Source of the DNA: Planctomycetota bacterium
GTDB lineage: Bacteria; Planctomycetota; SZUA-567; H5-PLA8
NCBI GenBank assembly: GCA_043801885.1
Contig: JAZDLP010000167.1
Location: 1-47,338 of the forward strand
DNA: 47,338 nt
Direction: 5' to 3'
The notes below the pieces were generated by a model, which searched no databases, was not told where the DNA came from, and saw only the letters and a list, made by a program, of their open reading frames with translations. The translations under genes and the position numbers were made by a program. Below, in pieces: positions 25,817 through 35,564 of the stretch. Every line of letters begins with the position of its first letter. Position 1 is the stretch's first letter.

Positions 25817-28702
25817 ATGTACCTTATGCCAACTTTGACGCCGCAAGCCTTCGCCGAAAAATGGCACGCCTCAACGCTCAAGGAACGCGCCGCGTATCAA
25901 GAGCACTTCATTGATCTCTGTCACATGCTGGAGCAGCCCACGCCGGCTGCGGCAGATAGTAGCGGCAGTTTCTATACTTTTGAAAAGGGCGTGACAAAGA
26001 CCAGTGGTGGCGAGGGCTTCGCGGATGTGTGGTTCCGCGAACATTTTGGGTGGGAGTACAAGGGCAAACACAAGGACTTGGACAAAGCCTACGACCAGTT
26101 GCTCCTGTACCGTGAAGATATTGAAAACCCACCGCTGCTCATTGTCTGTGATTTTGACCGCTACCGTATCCATACTAATTTCACCAATTGCGTCAAGAAA
26201 ATCTACGAGTTCACCAACGAGCAATTGCCGCAGCCTGACAACTTGAAGATTCTGCGCGCGCTCTTCACCAATCCCGAGTCGCTGAAGCCCCAGAAGACGG
26301 TGCAAGCCATCACTGAAGAAGTGGCGGCGAAGTTCGCGTTTATTTCAAGGAATCTGGAAAAGCGGGGCGTTGAGCCTCACCAAGCCGCGCATTTCCTGAT
26401 GAAATTGCTCTTCTGTTTGTTTGCTGAAGACGTGGGACTGCTGAAGAACCGCGTCTTCCAGCGCATCATCGAGGCTAGTCGGAAGGAAGATGTTTTCGAG
26501 AAGTACATGAAGGAACTTTTTCAGGCCATGACGCACGGCGGCCATGCGTTCTTGGAAAACATAGACCACTTCAATGGCGGACTGTTCGACGACACTGAAG
26601 TCTTGGAACTCGACGGCGCAGATATAGAGACACTGTGCGCCTGCGCCAAGCTGGATTGGTCCGCCATCGAACCGGCCATCTTCGGCACACTCTTCGAGCG
26701 CAGCTTGGATCCATCCAAGCGCAGCCAGGCCGGCGCGCATTACACCTCGAAAGACGATATTCTTTCCATTGTCGAACCGGTGTTGATGCAGCCGTTGCGC
26801 CGTGAGTGGGGAGCCGTGAAGGCGAAGGCGCTGAAGGTGCGAGAAAAACGAAACGCGCTGAATGGTCTGAAGTACAAGAAAGCCGACAAGGCGTTACGCA
26901 AACTCATCAACGACTTTTTGTACAAGCTTTCAACAATCAAAGTGCTTGACCCCGCCTGCGGCAGCGGCAACTTCCTTTATGTTTCACTGAATTTACTGCT
27001 GGATTTGGAAAAGGAAGTGTACACGTTCGCGGTGCAGAGTCATATCGAAGCGCCGTTCCGGTTCGTGGGGCCACAACAACTTTATGGCATTGAACTGAAC
27101 CCTTACGCGGTGGAACTGGCGCAACTTGTCGTCTGGATCGGCTATATTCAGTGGGATAAGAACAACGGTTTTGTGCGACACGAAGTGCCGATCTTGAAGC
27201 CGCTCAAAACAATCAAGGAGATGGACGCGATACTTAACCTGTCCGTGCCGACTGCGCCCACCGAACCAAAGTGGCCGGAATGCGACGTGATCGTGAGCAA
27301 TCCGCCGTTTTTGGGTGGGAGCAAACTGTGGAAAGAACTTGGCCGTGAATATCAACACAAACTTTGGAAACTATATAAAGACCGCGTCCCAGGTTTTGCT
27401 GATTTATGTTGCTATTGGTTTGAAAAGGCGCGCGCGCATATCAAAGCCAAAAAATGCAAACGCGCGGGACTGCTGGCCACACAGGGTATTCGCGGCGGCG
27501 CAAACCGGGAAGTGCTCAAACGCATAAAAGAGAGCGGCAATATCTTCTTTGCTTTAAGTGACCAGTCTTGGATTCTTGAAGGCGCAAGTGTTCGCATATC
27601 CTTGATTGGGTTTGATAACGGCGATGAAAAGAATCGTATTCTTGACGGAAAACTCGTTGAGACAATCCATGCAAATTTAACTACGGCGGCTAACACAACC
27701 ATTGCGCGCTCCCTTTCCGAAAATTTGAATGTGACTTTCATAGGAACGAAAAAAGCTGGCCAGTTCAATGTGTCCGAAGATCAAGCCCGCAAATGGTTGC
27801 AGTCGCCTAACCCACACCGCCAGCCTAACTCAGACATTTTAAGGCCATGGTTAAACGGAAGCGCCATCGTTAAACGCCCGGATACACAATGGATTATTGA
27901 TTGTGGCGTGGAAATGACAGACGAGCAATTCTCACTATACGAAGAACTCTATTGCCACACGCTTAAAGTGATCAAGCCGGATAGAGAGAAAAATAATCGC
28001 GCTTTATACCAGGATAAATGGTGGCTGCACGCTGAAACCCGGCCAGGAATGCGAAACGCGCTTCAGCCGCTCAACAGATTTGTCGCTACTCCACGCGTTT
28101 CAAAGTTCAGGCTCTTCGTTTGGGCAGATCCCATAGTTTTATGTGATGATGGCGTGTTTGTTTTTGCCCGTTCCGACGATTACTTTTTCGGTGTGTTGCA
28201 ATCGCGTCTGCACGAAGTCTGGGCGTTAAAACTTGGCACACACCTTGGACTGACGCCGCGTTACACCCCCACCACGTGTTTCGAGACATTTCCCCTGCCA
28301 AAGCCCACACCCATGCAGGAAAAATCTATCGCGCAAGCCGCCAAAGAATTGGACGACTTGCGCAACAACTGGCTGAATCCGCCGGAGTGGACGAAAGAAG
28401 AAGTGCTGGAGTTTCCCGGTTCCGTCACCGGCCCGTGGGCGCGGTACGTTCAAAAGCCGAATGCCAAAGGTATTGGCACGGTAAAATATCCGCGGCTTGT
28501 GCCACAAGATCCCGAATGCGCCGGCAAGCTGGCCGAACGCACACTGACCAACCTTTACAATCAGCGCCCCACTTGGCTTGACCTCGCTCACAAAAAACTT
28601 GACGCCGTCGTCGCCGACGCCTATGGCTGGCCCGCCGACCTGACCGACGACGAAATTCTGGATCGGTTGCTAAAATTGAATTTGGAACGACTTGTCCGAT
28701 GA
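25817..28702 (+). CDS. MmeI-family (Type IIL/IIG) fused restriction endonuclease / N6-adenine DNA methyltransferase
   Basis: N-terminal D70-x9-E80-x-K82 (ADVWFREHFGWEYK). SAM motif VLDPACGSGNFL. Catalytic NPPF. Long C-terminal target-recognition region. 961 aa. Confidence 0.8.
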   Translation: MYLMPTLTPQAFAEKWHASTLKERAAYQEHFIDLCHMLEQPTPAAADSSGSFYTFEKGVTKTSGGEGFADVWFREHFGWEYKGKHKDLDKAYDQLLLYREDIENPPLLIVCDFDRYRIHTNFTNCVKKIYEFTNEQLPQPDNLKILRALFTNPESLKPQKTVQAITEEVAAKFAFISRNLEKRGVEPHQAAHFLMKLLFCLFAEDVGLLKNRVFQRIIEASRKEDVFEKYMKELFQAMTHGGHAFLENIDHFNGGLFDDTEVLELDGADIETLCACAKLDWSAIEPAIFGTLFERSLDPSKRSQAGAHYTSKDDILSIVEPVLMQPLRREWGAVKAKALKVREKRNALNGLKYKKADKALRKLINDFLYKLSTIKVLDPACGSGNFLYVSLNLLLDLEKEVYTFAVQSHIEAPFRFVGPQQLYGIELNPYAVELAQLVVWIGYIQWDKNNGFVRHEVPILKPLKTIKEMDAILNLSVPTAPTEPKWPECDVIVSNPPFLGGSKLWKELGREYQHKLWKLYKDRVPGFADLCCYWFEKARAHIKAKKCKRAGLLATQGIRGGANREVLKRIKESGNIFFALSDQSWILEGASVRISLIGFDNGDEKNRILDGKLVETIHANLTTAANTTIARSLSENLNVTFIGTKKAGQFNVSEDQARKWLQSPNPHRQPNSDILRPWLNGSAIVKRPDTQWIIDCGVEMTDEQFSLYEELYCHTLKVIKPDREKNNRALYQDKWWLHAETRPGMRNALQPLNRFVATPRVSKFRLFVWADPIVLCDDGVFVFARSDDYFFGVLQSRLHEVWALKLGTHLGLTPRYTPTTCFETFPLPKPTPMQEKSIAQAAKELDDLRNNWLNPPEWTKEEVLEFPGSVTGPWARYVQKPNAKGIGTVKYPRLVPQDPECAGKLAERTLTNLYNQRPTWLDLAHKKLDAVVADAYGWPADLTDDEILDRLLKLNLERLVR

Positions 28703-28703
28703 A

Positions 28704-30611
28704 TTAATACCAGTAAACCTTGCGCAGAGTTTCGTCGCGCCGCACGGGTCGGTACATTAAATCCACGGGCGCAAAATCGTCAGTCAGGATACACATATTC
28801 TTCAAGTCCTCGGATCGAGGTTCGTACAACTGTGCCACATGCGGCAGAAGATCGGATTTAACCACACGCTGGTCGCCGGTGGTCAACTGTTTAGCCACTT
28901 CTTCCAATCGATCAATGGCGAGTCGCGTCTCTTCCATGGTCGCGATTATGATGACGTTACGATACTCTTCAAACGTGTCTCTGACCGTCGTATTCGCTCG
29001 AATCTTTGGAAAAACATAAATTTGTTTGAACAATGGCTCGTTGTCCGCCGGATTGTCGCTCTTGATGCGGAGCGCCTGAGCGCGGCTGGCACTTAACGTT
29101 TTATATTCGGCCAGGAATAAATCCGCGGGCTTAATGGTCGTTTTTTGATCAATATTTCTAATGCCCGAAATAATATTAGTGGCCAGAATGCCGCGTTTCG
29201 ACAGTTTACTCTTAACGTTATTCAGAAACTCCCACGTCAATAAATGAAACGGAATCTGCCCGCCCGACGAATAGGCGTCCAATACGATCAGATCGTAAGC
29301 GCCGTCGGGCATCTGCTTGACCGTCTGACGACCATCGCCAATATAAAACCGAATCTTATCCGTCTTTGGAATCTGAAAATAAGTCTTGGCAATTCGCTCC
29401 ACCACCGGATCAATCTCCGCCACATCCACCTGTGAGCCATACCAATTGCAGTACTGAGTCGGGATCACGCCGCCACCGCCGCCGACCACCAGAATTTTTT
29501 GCGGAAGCGACTTGTTGAGCCAAAGCAGCGGCAGGTGCAGCAAATCCGTATAACCAACAGCATTCGAGTATTGCGAACGATATGGATGAATGCCGCTTTC
29601 GATGTTGTCATTGAACTTCAGCCAACGCTTCACTTCGTAAAGCCACCAAGGGCGTTCTTTATCGTTCGGCTCCCACAAACACACCGGCAGCAGCACGTTA
29701 TCCCTTTCATCGTCGCGCGCCTGTACCACATCTTCGGTTACCAGGATTTCGTGATAAGCTGAGTCTTCGTAATGCAATAGTCGCGAGCTGATTGACGGCC
29801 GCGGTTTAATTGGAAAGACAATCCACACTTCAGCGCAAAGCAGCGCGATGAATATCATCACACCTATACCGGTGCGGTCTGTTCGGTTCAGTTTACCACT
29901 CGAAGACAGAAACAGAAACAAGCTGCCGATGGCCACGAGCATCAGAATCAATCCCAACCCTTGCATCGTGTCGCTGACGAATAGACTCGGGATCAAAATG
30001 AAAGTGGTCAGCAACGTGCCGATAATCGAACCGCAGGTGGACAGCGCGTACAGTCGGCCAGTCACGCTGCCCAGTCCCGACAGCGAACCGGCGTTTAACT
30101 TCACAGCGTAAGGCGAGACGGTGCCCATCAAAAAGCTCGGCAAAAAGAAGATAATCCCCGCGGCAATCAACGGACCAAACACCGGCCCAAGGTCTTTGCG
30201 CGCGACCCAGTCGCAGATCTCCGGTCCGAAGCGCGGAATCACAAACGCCGTCCAAACGCCGGCCATACTCACAATCGTCGCCAACGTGGTAAAGCTGGGT
30301 CGTTTGTCGGCCAGCATCCCGCCCAGATAATAACCCGCGGCCAGCGCGCCCATGAAGAGACCGATGATGCTGCCCCAGACGAAAGTGGACGTGCCGAAGC
30401 CCGGCGCGAGAACTTTGGCTCCGGCAATCTCCACGCCCATCAGCACCGCGCCTGACATGAAGACGATCAGATAGAGCGCCCATGTAGCGCTCCAAACAGC
30501 CCGGTGCGTCGCGCCCGGATTATCGCTCTGCCAAAAGCCCGCCTTTTGCCGACTTTCTTCAGACCGCATCGTTGTAGCCATTAAATTTATTCTCCAAATT
30601 CCAGTACTCAT
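28704..30611 (-). CDS. fused membrane (MFS-like) / spermidine synthase-family protein
   Basis: Seven or more N-terminal TM helices, then a class I methyltransferase-fold aminopropyltransferase region (ILVVGGGGGVIPTQ, DLIVLDAYSS). Confidence 0.75.
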   Translation of the reverse strand: MSTGIWRINLMATTMRSEESRQKAGFWQSDNPGATHRAVWSATWALYLIVFMSGAVLMGVEIAGAKVLAPGFGTSTFVWGSIIGLFMGALAAGYYLGGMLADKRPSFTTLATIVSMAGVWTAFVIPRFGPEICDWVARKDLGPVFGPLIAAGIIFFLPSFLMGTVSPYAVKLNAGSLSGLGSVTGRLYALSTCGSIIGTLLTTFILIPSLFVSDTMQGLGLILMLVAIGSLFLFLSSSGKLNRTDRTGIGVMIFIALLCAEVWIVFPIKPRPSISSRLLHYEDSAYHEILVTEDVVQARDDERDNVLLPVCLWEPNDKERPWWLYEVKRWLKFNDNIESGIHPYRSQYSNAVGYTDLLHLPLLWLNKSLPQKILVVGGGGGVIPTQYCNWYGSQVDVAEIDPVVERIAKTYFQIPKTDKIRFYIGDGRQTVKQMPDGAYDLIVLDAYSSGGQIPFHLLTWEFLNNVKSKLSKRGILATNIISGIRNIDQKTTIKPADLFLAEYKTLSASRAQALRIKSDNPADNEPLFKQIYVFPKIRANTTVRDTFEEYRNVIIIATMEETRLAIDRLEEVAKQLTTGDQRVVKSDLLPHVAQLYEPRSEDLKNMCILTDDFAPVDLMYRPVRRDETLRKVYWY

Positions 30612-31237
30612 TTACCCAACACTTCATCCAATGTCTGAGACAATAGCATTTTGAACAATTCGAGCGGAAATCCAACGATATTTAAGAAACTGCCCTCAAT
30701 TTTCTCTACAAAACGATCACCGGTCTCCTGTACCGCATAGGCGCCGGCCTTGCCGTCCGCTTCGCCACTGGCAACGTACGCGGCAATCTCTTCAGCGCTC
30801 ATCTTGCGCATTTTTACCCAAGTTGTCTCAGTCGCCAACTTCGGCGCCAAACTCACCCCGGTCGCCAGTATGGGCCACAGGCATAGTCCCGAAATTACTC
30901 GATGGCGTGTGCCCGAGAGACGACTGAGAATAGCGACCGCATCTGTGCGATCTTGGGGTTTTCCGATAACAGTATCGCCATGCGCCACCAACGTATCAAC
31001 AGCTACCACTACCACCGGGTATGGTGGCGGCACCCCAACTACAACGACCTCCGCCTTGGCGCGCGCTTTGGCAATGGCCAGCGATTCGGGACAGTGTGCG
31101 GCTGCGATGGCATCCTCAACTTCGCCCGGATCAATCGCTTCGAAAGCAAAACCCGCTTCTCTAAGAATCTGCTTGCGGCGTGGCGACACGGAAGCCAGTA
31201 CCAAGCGGCAAGCCCTCTGACCATATGCCGCAATCAT
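30608..31237 (-). CDS. maf: Maf-like nucleoside triphosphate pyrophosphatase
   Basis: LVLASVSPRRKQIL and GKAGAYAVQE motifs. 4-nt overlaps with both neighbours. Confidence 0.88.
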   Translation of the reverse strand: MIAAYGQRACRLVLASVSPRRKQILREAGFAFEAIDPGEVEDAIAAAHCPESLAIAKARAKAEVVVVGVPPPYPVVVVAVDTLVAHGDTVIGKPQDRTDAVAILSRLSGTRHRVISGLCLWPILATGVSLAPKLATETTWVKMRKMSAEEIAAYVASGEADGKAGAYAVQETGDRFVEKIEGSFLNIVGFPLELFKMLLSQTLDEVLGK

Positions 31238-33066
31238 GATGAAGACCTCTTGTCATTCTTATCTTGCGACGCGGGTGACTCGTATGATTGTTCGTCGGAG
31301 TTCTTGGAGTTGCGCGGACCAAAGAGGTTGTAGTCAGGCGTACGCATGGCTATGTCTTCGTTAATTTGCGCGTAGTACGCTTTCAACGCAGTTTTATGCA
31401 CGACAAAAGTGCGGGAGAGCAGATCACCTAATCGCTGACGGCGCGGAGTGAAGATGATCATCGGCATGGACACGAAAATCACTGATAGCGGCATACGTTC
31501 AAAAAAGCCAATAAGATTCCGTAACAGCGCCGCCCATAGCGTCAATTTTCGATTGGGCTCCATAACTACGCGCAGTCCCAGGATGTACTTACCCAGCGTA
31601 GCGCCAAGCAGCCACTCGCTCATCACCAGATAGGCCAGATAGAGCAGGAAAAACGGAGCGTGAGGCAGTTTGGTAATATCGAGTTCGAGCAATTCCTGGA
31701 TAGATAGTTGGCTCCAGCCCAACTGCTGAGTGGCCAGGATCAGGACGGTAAAAATCAGAATCAAGTCCACCGCATAAGCGCTCATGCGGGCTCCCACCGG
31801 CGCGTAGATATCATGCGGCTGAACGCGACGCCCCGATTGCCAATTTAAATTTCTGCGACGGTAAGCCACACCCACGCCAAACGCCAGTAATCCCAGACAC
31901 AACAATAATATGCTTATTAAGAATATCTCAAGATTGTAGGCTGGCAGCCCTTTTGGATTGCGCGTCACCAACGTCCATGGTTGAGCGCCGGTCTTGTTCC
32001 AGATTTCGAACATCTGCCAGTTGGAGCGCACAATAAATTCCTGGTCTCCACAGTTGACGTATTCGGCGGAGATAAACTTTAACAGCCCCGCTTTAGGTTG
32101 AGCGCTGCCGGCCGCGATGGTCTCCATACGCCTGGCTTCCAGCGTCTGGGACATAGTGGAAGGAATCAAGACCCACATTTCCATCGGCGCATTGCCGTAG
32201 GCGCTTTGCCCCGGTTTACCGCCAGGCTGCATCAATAAATGGATGCGGTCTTCACCGCTCCATGCCGCCATATTGCCGCGCGGCACGCCCGGTGTCTGCG
32301 TTGTTTGAGCGGCGAAAGTTTGTCCATCAAAACTCGCCGCGTACAAAGGCCCTTCTCCGACGGCACGCGGTCCTTCCACGCCGGCATGAATGACTTGATC
32401 AAATGCAATCTGCCGCCACATAATTCGAACGTCATCTTTCAGAGCGACCGCTTGCAGAAAAAAACCTGGCAATCGGTATTCGATCTGCGGGCCGACGATC
32501 TTCAGCTCTTCCCACTGCTTCCCGTCAAATCGAGCTACTCGCAACGCGCCTTTGATGCTTTCGTCTTGTCGTGACGATTCTTTCGCTGCTGGCAACTGCT
32601 CCGCGCCAAATGCGTACGTCACGCCCTTGAACTGCACCGCCGTCTCTGCAGGCCACTTGAATGGTAACGGTATGGGTTTATCGGTAATCGTCTGACCAGA
32701 GACATCGAAGAAGGTCGCGCGATTTTCGTGGAATAATCCCAGTTGTTCAGTGATCGACGCTGTTTCCGTGCCGCCACTCGCTGTACCTAGTACTTTAGAT
32801 ACAAACATGCCATTCACCGGACCCAAGCGAGGATTTGTGGTTATAGCCTCCCACTCATCCAAATTAGCGCTGCGCGGCGTGTAAATATTGTAATAGAGTT
32901 GATCGGTCTCCAGTGCCGCCGACCAATATTGCAGCAACAGATAAGGTCGCTCGTTTACTTTTACCATCTGTATCGAAAAATAAGCATCGGGACCTCCGCC
33001 GTAGCCTTGGAAGCCCAGGACCAGCAGTAACACAACTGTCGCGATGATTAACAGTCGTTGCAACAT
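31234..33066 (-). CDS. membrane protein with large N-terminal exported domain and C-terminal RDD domain
   Basis: N-terminal TM. C-terminal RDD-type region (ARMSAYAVDLILI ... RQRLGDLLSRTFVV). Confidence 0.65.
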   Translation of the reverse strand: MLQRLLIIATVVLLLVLGFQGYGGGPDAYFSIQMVKVNERPYLLLQYWSAALETDQLYYNIYTPRSANLDEWEAITTNPRLGPVNGMFVSKVLGTASGGTETASITEQLGLFHENRATFFDVSGQTITDKPIPLPFKWPAETAVQFKGVTYAFGAEQLPAAKESSRQDESIKGALRVARFDGKQWEELKIVGPQIEYRLPGFFLQAVALKDDVRIMWRQIAFDQVIHAGVEGPRAVGEGPLYAASFDGQTFAAQTTQTPGVPRGNMAAWSGEDRIHLLMQPGGKPGQSAYGNAPMEMWVLIPSTMSQTLEARRMETIAAGSAQPKAGLLKFISAEYVNCGDQEFIVRSNWQMFEIWNKTGAQPWTLVTRNPKGLPAYNLEIFLISILLLCLGLLAFGVGVAYRRRNLNWQSGRRVQPHDIYAPVGARMSAYAVDLILIFTVLILATQQLGWSQLSIQELLELDITKLPHAPFFLLYLAYLVMSEWLLGATLGKYILGLRVVMEPNRKLTLWAALLRNLIGFFERMPLSVIFVSMPMIIFTPRRQRLGDLLSRTFVVHKTALKAYYAQINEDIAMRTPDYNLFGPRNSKNSDEQSYESPASQDKNDKRSSS

Positions 33067-34914
33067 TTAACGCTCCGATCCATTCGTCGGCTTACGGTCA
33101 GTCGGCGGCGACGTTTTCTGTACAAGCGCTTCCGGCGCCTCGATATTCTGCGCTTCCTGCGAAAGCTGACGGGATTGTTGTATTTGCGCCACAGTGCTCT
33201 GCAGCAGCGACACCAGAAAAAGAGACATGCCTGGAACCACTCCATGAGCATAAACCTTTAACCGATTTCCCTGACGGCTTAAGCTCATTCGCAACGTGCC
33301 CACACGATCATTGAATATCGCCGGTTGCGGCAGTAACTCCATCGGCACTTTCCAAGCGCCAAGAAACGGCCCTTCCTCCGCGCTCAGCACCCATACCGCA
33401 TAAGCCAGTTTGATCATTCGTTCCAAATTGATCTGCAGACGCAAGGCATCACCCGCCCGCCATTCTTCAGCAGATTCTTTCATCTTGATCTGGTCGCGGC
33501 CAACGGACGCCTTGAGTGTTTTTCCGGTTTTGAAAGCGGTGGTGAGATTCTGGTAAGTGGACGAGTTGGAACACAACCATGCCCAACCGTGACTAAGCCC
33601 GATGACTGGCGCATTGAATAAACCGCGGCCCTGAAATCTCGCACCCAGCGGCGCGGAGCCACCGATGCGGCGCGCCTTTTCCAACACGCCAAAATCAGCG
33701 CCAACTTCCTTGAATCCTTTAATCAAATCATTACGCGCTATATCCAATTCGTCGTTCTTCATTGCAGCCGCGACGGTGATATGTATGTTGCCGCTGATGG
33801 ACGGCGTCCCAACAATGCCAAAGCTTCCCTGCAACCGATCAAAGAGAAAACTAAAACGTGTCGGCTCAAACACCTCCGGCCTGCGGCCTTTATTGCGAGC
33901 CCAACGACGCCCGCGCAAGTAACGCTCTAACGCTTGAGCCGCGCAGGGCAAATCATCTTTTAATGCCTTCAGATCAACCTGCCCCAGCGCCACTACATCT
34001 TGATCGCCAGGCAACGCCTGCTGGATACCATCCCACGTCCCAACTTGTTCGCGCACGACGTTGACAACGCGCGCAAACGTGGTGTCCTTTTCCGGCGCAA
34101 TATCTAGAAACAAATCTTCCGTAAACATTTCGCCGCTTGGCGTAAGACCCAACAACAACAAATCGGTGTCCGGCCCAGTCGTCTCCGTCACAATGTTGAC
34201 CCAAGACGACGCTTCCTTATACCTATCCTCATCTTCGTTGTCTGTAAACGTCTTCTCCAACCGCTTGGCCTGCTCTAAAAACTTTCGTGGCAGAGCGCGC
34301 AGAATCAGAGCGCCTTTTGGCCAGTGGTCTGCTCTCGCCCAAGCAGGCATTTTTTCCAAACTCGGCAGAGCGTCCGGCAAGACCGTTTGCAGTTTTAAAA
34401 TAGAAAGCAGTGAATTAGTTTGTGGTGGCGCTTGCGGCCACAACTCGCGCAATTTCTTCTCTTTTTCCGCAGTAGGCGTCAGCACGGACAGCGTCAGTCG
34501 AAAATCAGCATGCGCATCCGCCGCGCTCTCGATTGGCGGCAATAGCGCCAGCACTGCTGGGCCGGCCAGAAATTGACTGATATCTGGCCATAGCGCTCGA
34601 AAATCAGCGCCAAGCGACTCGGTGAGCAGCATGCTGATGGTTTGTATGTTCTGAGCGCAGGACGGGGACTGCAATATCTTGAGAAGATTAGTGCGATTCA
34701 ACTGCTGCGGCAGCGTGCGCACATCCGAGACACACAACGCCAGCAATGGTTCAGTATCAAAAGCGCCTAGCAATCGGTCCACCGTAGGCGTGGCCGATTC
34801 CTTCGCAGGCAGGCGTGCGGCCAGAGCCAGAAGTATGATCGCTAGGCCGATGATCATCTTCGTGATTTTATTCGCTTCAAATCTGTGTTCATCCGTGTTC
34901 ATCTGTAGTTTCAT
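33067..34914 (-). CDS. secreted hypothetical protein (start probably at 34857)
   Basis: Signal peptide MIIGLAIILLALAARLPA begins at codon 20. The first 19 codons (MKLQMNTDEHRFEANKITK) are built from CAGATGAACAC repeat-like sequence. Stop abuts the next gene. Confidence 0.6.
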   Translation of the reverse strand: MKLQMNTDEHRFEANKITKMIIGLAIILLALAARLPAKESATPTVDRLLGAFDTEPLLALCVSDVRTLPQQLNRTNLLKILQSPSCAQNIQTISMLLTESLGADFRALWPDISQFLAGPAVLALLPPIESAADAHADFRLTLSVLTPTAEKEKKLRELWPQAPPQTNSLLSILKLQTVLPDALPSLEKMPAWARADHWPKGALILRALPRKFLEQAKRLEKTFTDNEDEDRYKEASSWVNIVTETTGPDTDLLLLGLTPSGEMFTEDLFLDIAPEKDTTFARVVNVVREQVGTWDGIQQALPGDQDVVALGQVDLKALKDDLPCAAQALERYLRGRRWARNKGRRPEVFEPTRFSFLFDRLQGSFGIVGTPSISGNIHITVAAAMKNDELDIARNDLIKGFKEVGADFGVLEKARRIGGSAPLGARFQGRGLFNAPVIGLSHGWAWLCSNSSTYQNLTTAFKTGKTLKASVGRDQIKMKESAEEWRAGDALRLQINLERMIKLAYAVWVLSAEEGPFLGAWKVPMELLPQPAIFNDRVGTLRMSLSRQGNRLKVYAHGVVPGMSLFLVSLLQSTVAQIQQSRQLSQEAQNIEAPEALVQKTSPPTDRKPTNGSER

Positions 34915-34997
34915 TTCTTTGTGTGACGCATAATTAAAAACTAAAAACTTTGTGGTTTACATGGTAAGTAGCTTTCGATCAAATTAACATACAAAAT

Positions 34998-35549
34998 ATG
35001 GGCGAATCGCATCTTCCTCCCGGCGTTACACCTTTGGTGGCCATGTTGGCGAGCGACCTGTCTTATTTTCAGGCTGCCAGACAACCTCTGGAAAACCTAT
35101 TCGGCCCCATCGCTCTGGAAAGCCCCGTTTATGCTTTCGATAAAACAGCATACTACACGCCCAGCATGGGGCTTGCGTTAAAACGACAGTTCTTCACCTT
35201 CGAGCGGCTGGCGGACCCCGCCGGCCTGGCCGACTGGAAATTAACGACCAACACGCTGGAAACCGAACTCAAACAATGCTTGGCGCCCTCCGGCACACCC
35301 CAACGCCCCATCAATCTCGACCCAGGTTATCTCACCGGCGCTAAACTGGTCCTTACCTCCACCAAAAATTTCGCTCATCGAATTTACCTGCGCAACGGTA
35401 TCTTTGCCGAGATTACTCTGAATTTTCGTGGCGCGCAATGGGTCGGTCATCAGTTCACTTTTCCCGATTTCAAGAGCGGAATGTATAATGATTTTCTCGA
35501 AAAAGCGCGAGACGTTCACTTGCGTAAAATTAAAAATACCATTGCATAA
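34998..35549 (+). CDS. DUF4416-family protein
   Basis: INLDPGYLTGAKLVLTSTKNFAHRIYLRNGIFAEITL matches my recollection of the family signature. Confidence 0.6.
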   Translation: MGESHLPPGVTPLVAMLASDLSYFQAARQPLENLFGPIALESPVYAFDKTAYYTPSMGLALKRQFFTFERLADPAGLADWKLTTNTLETELKQCLAPSGTPQRPINLDPGYLTGAKLVLTSTKNFAHRIYLRNGIFAEITLNFRGAQWVGHQFTFPDFKSGMYNDFLEKARDVHLRKIKNTIA

Positions 35550-35564
35550 AGTGAGACTCAGACT

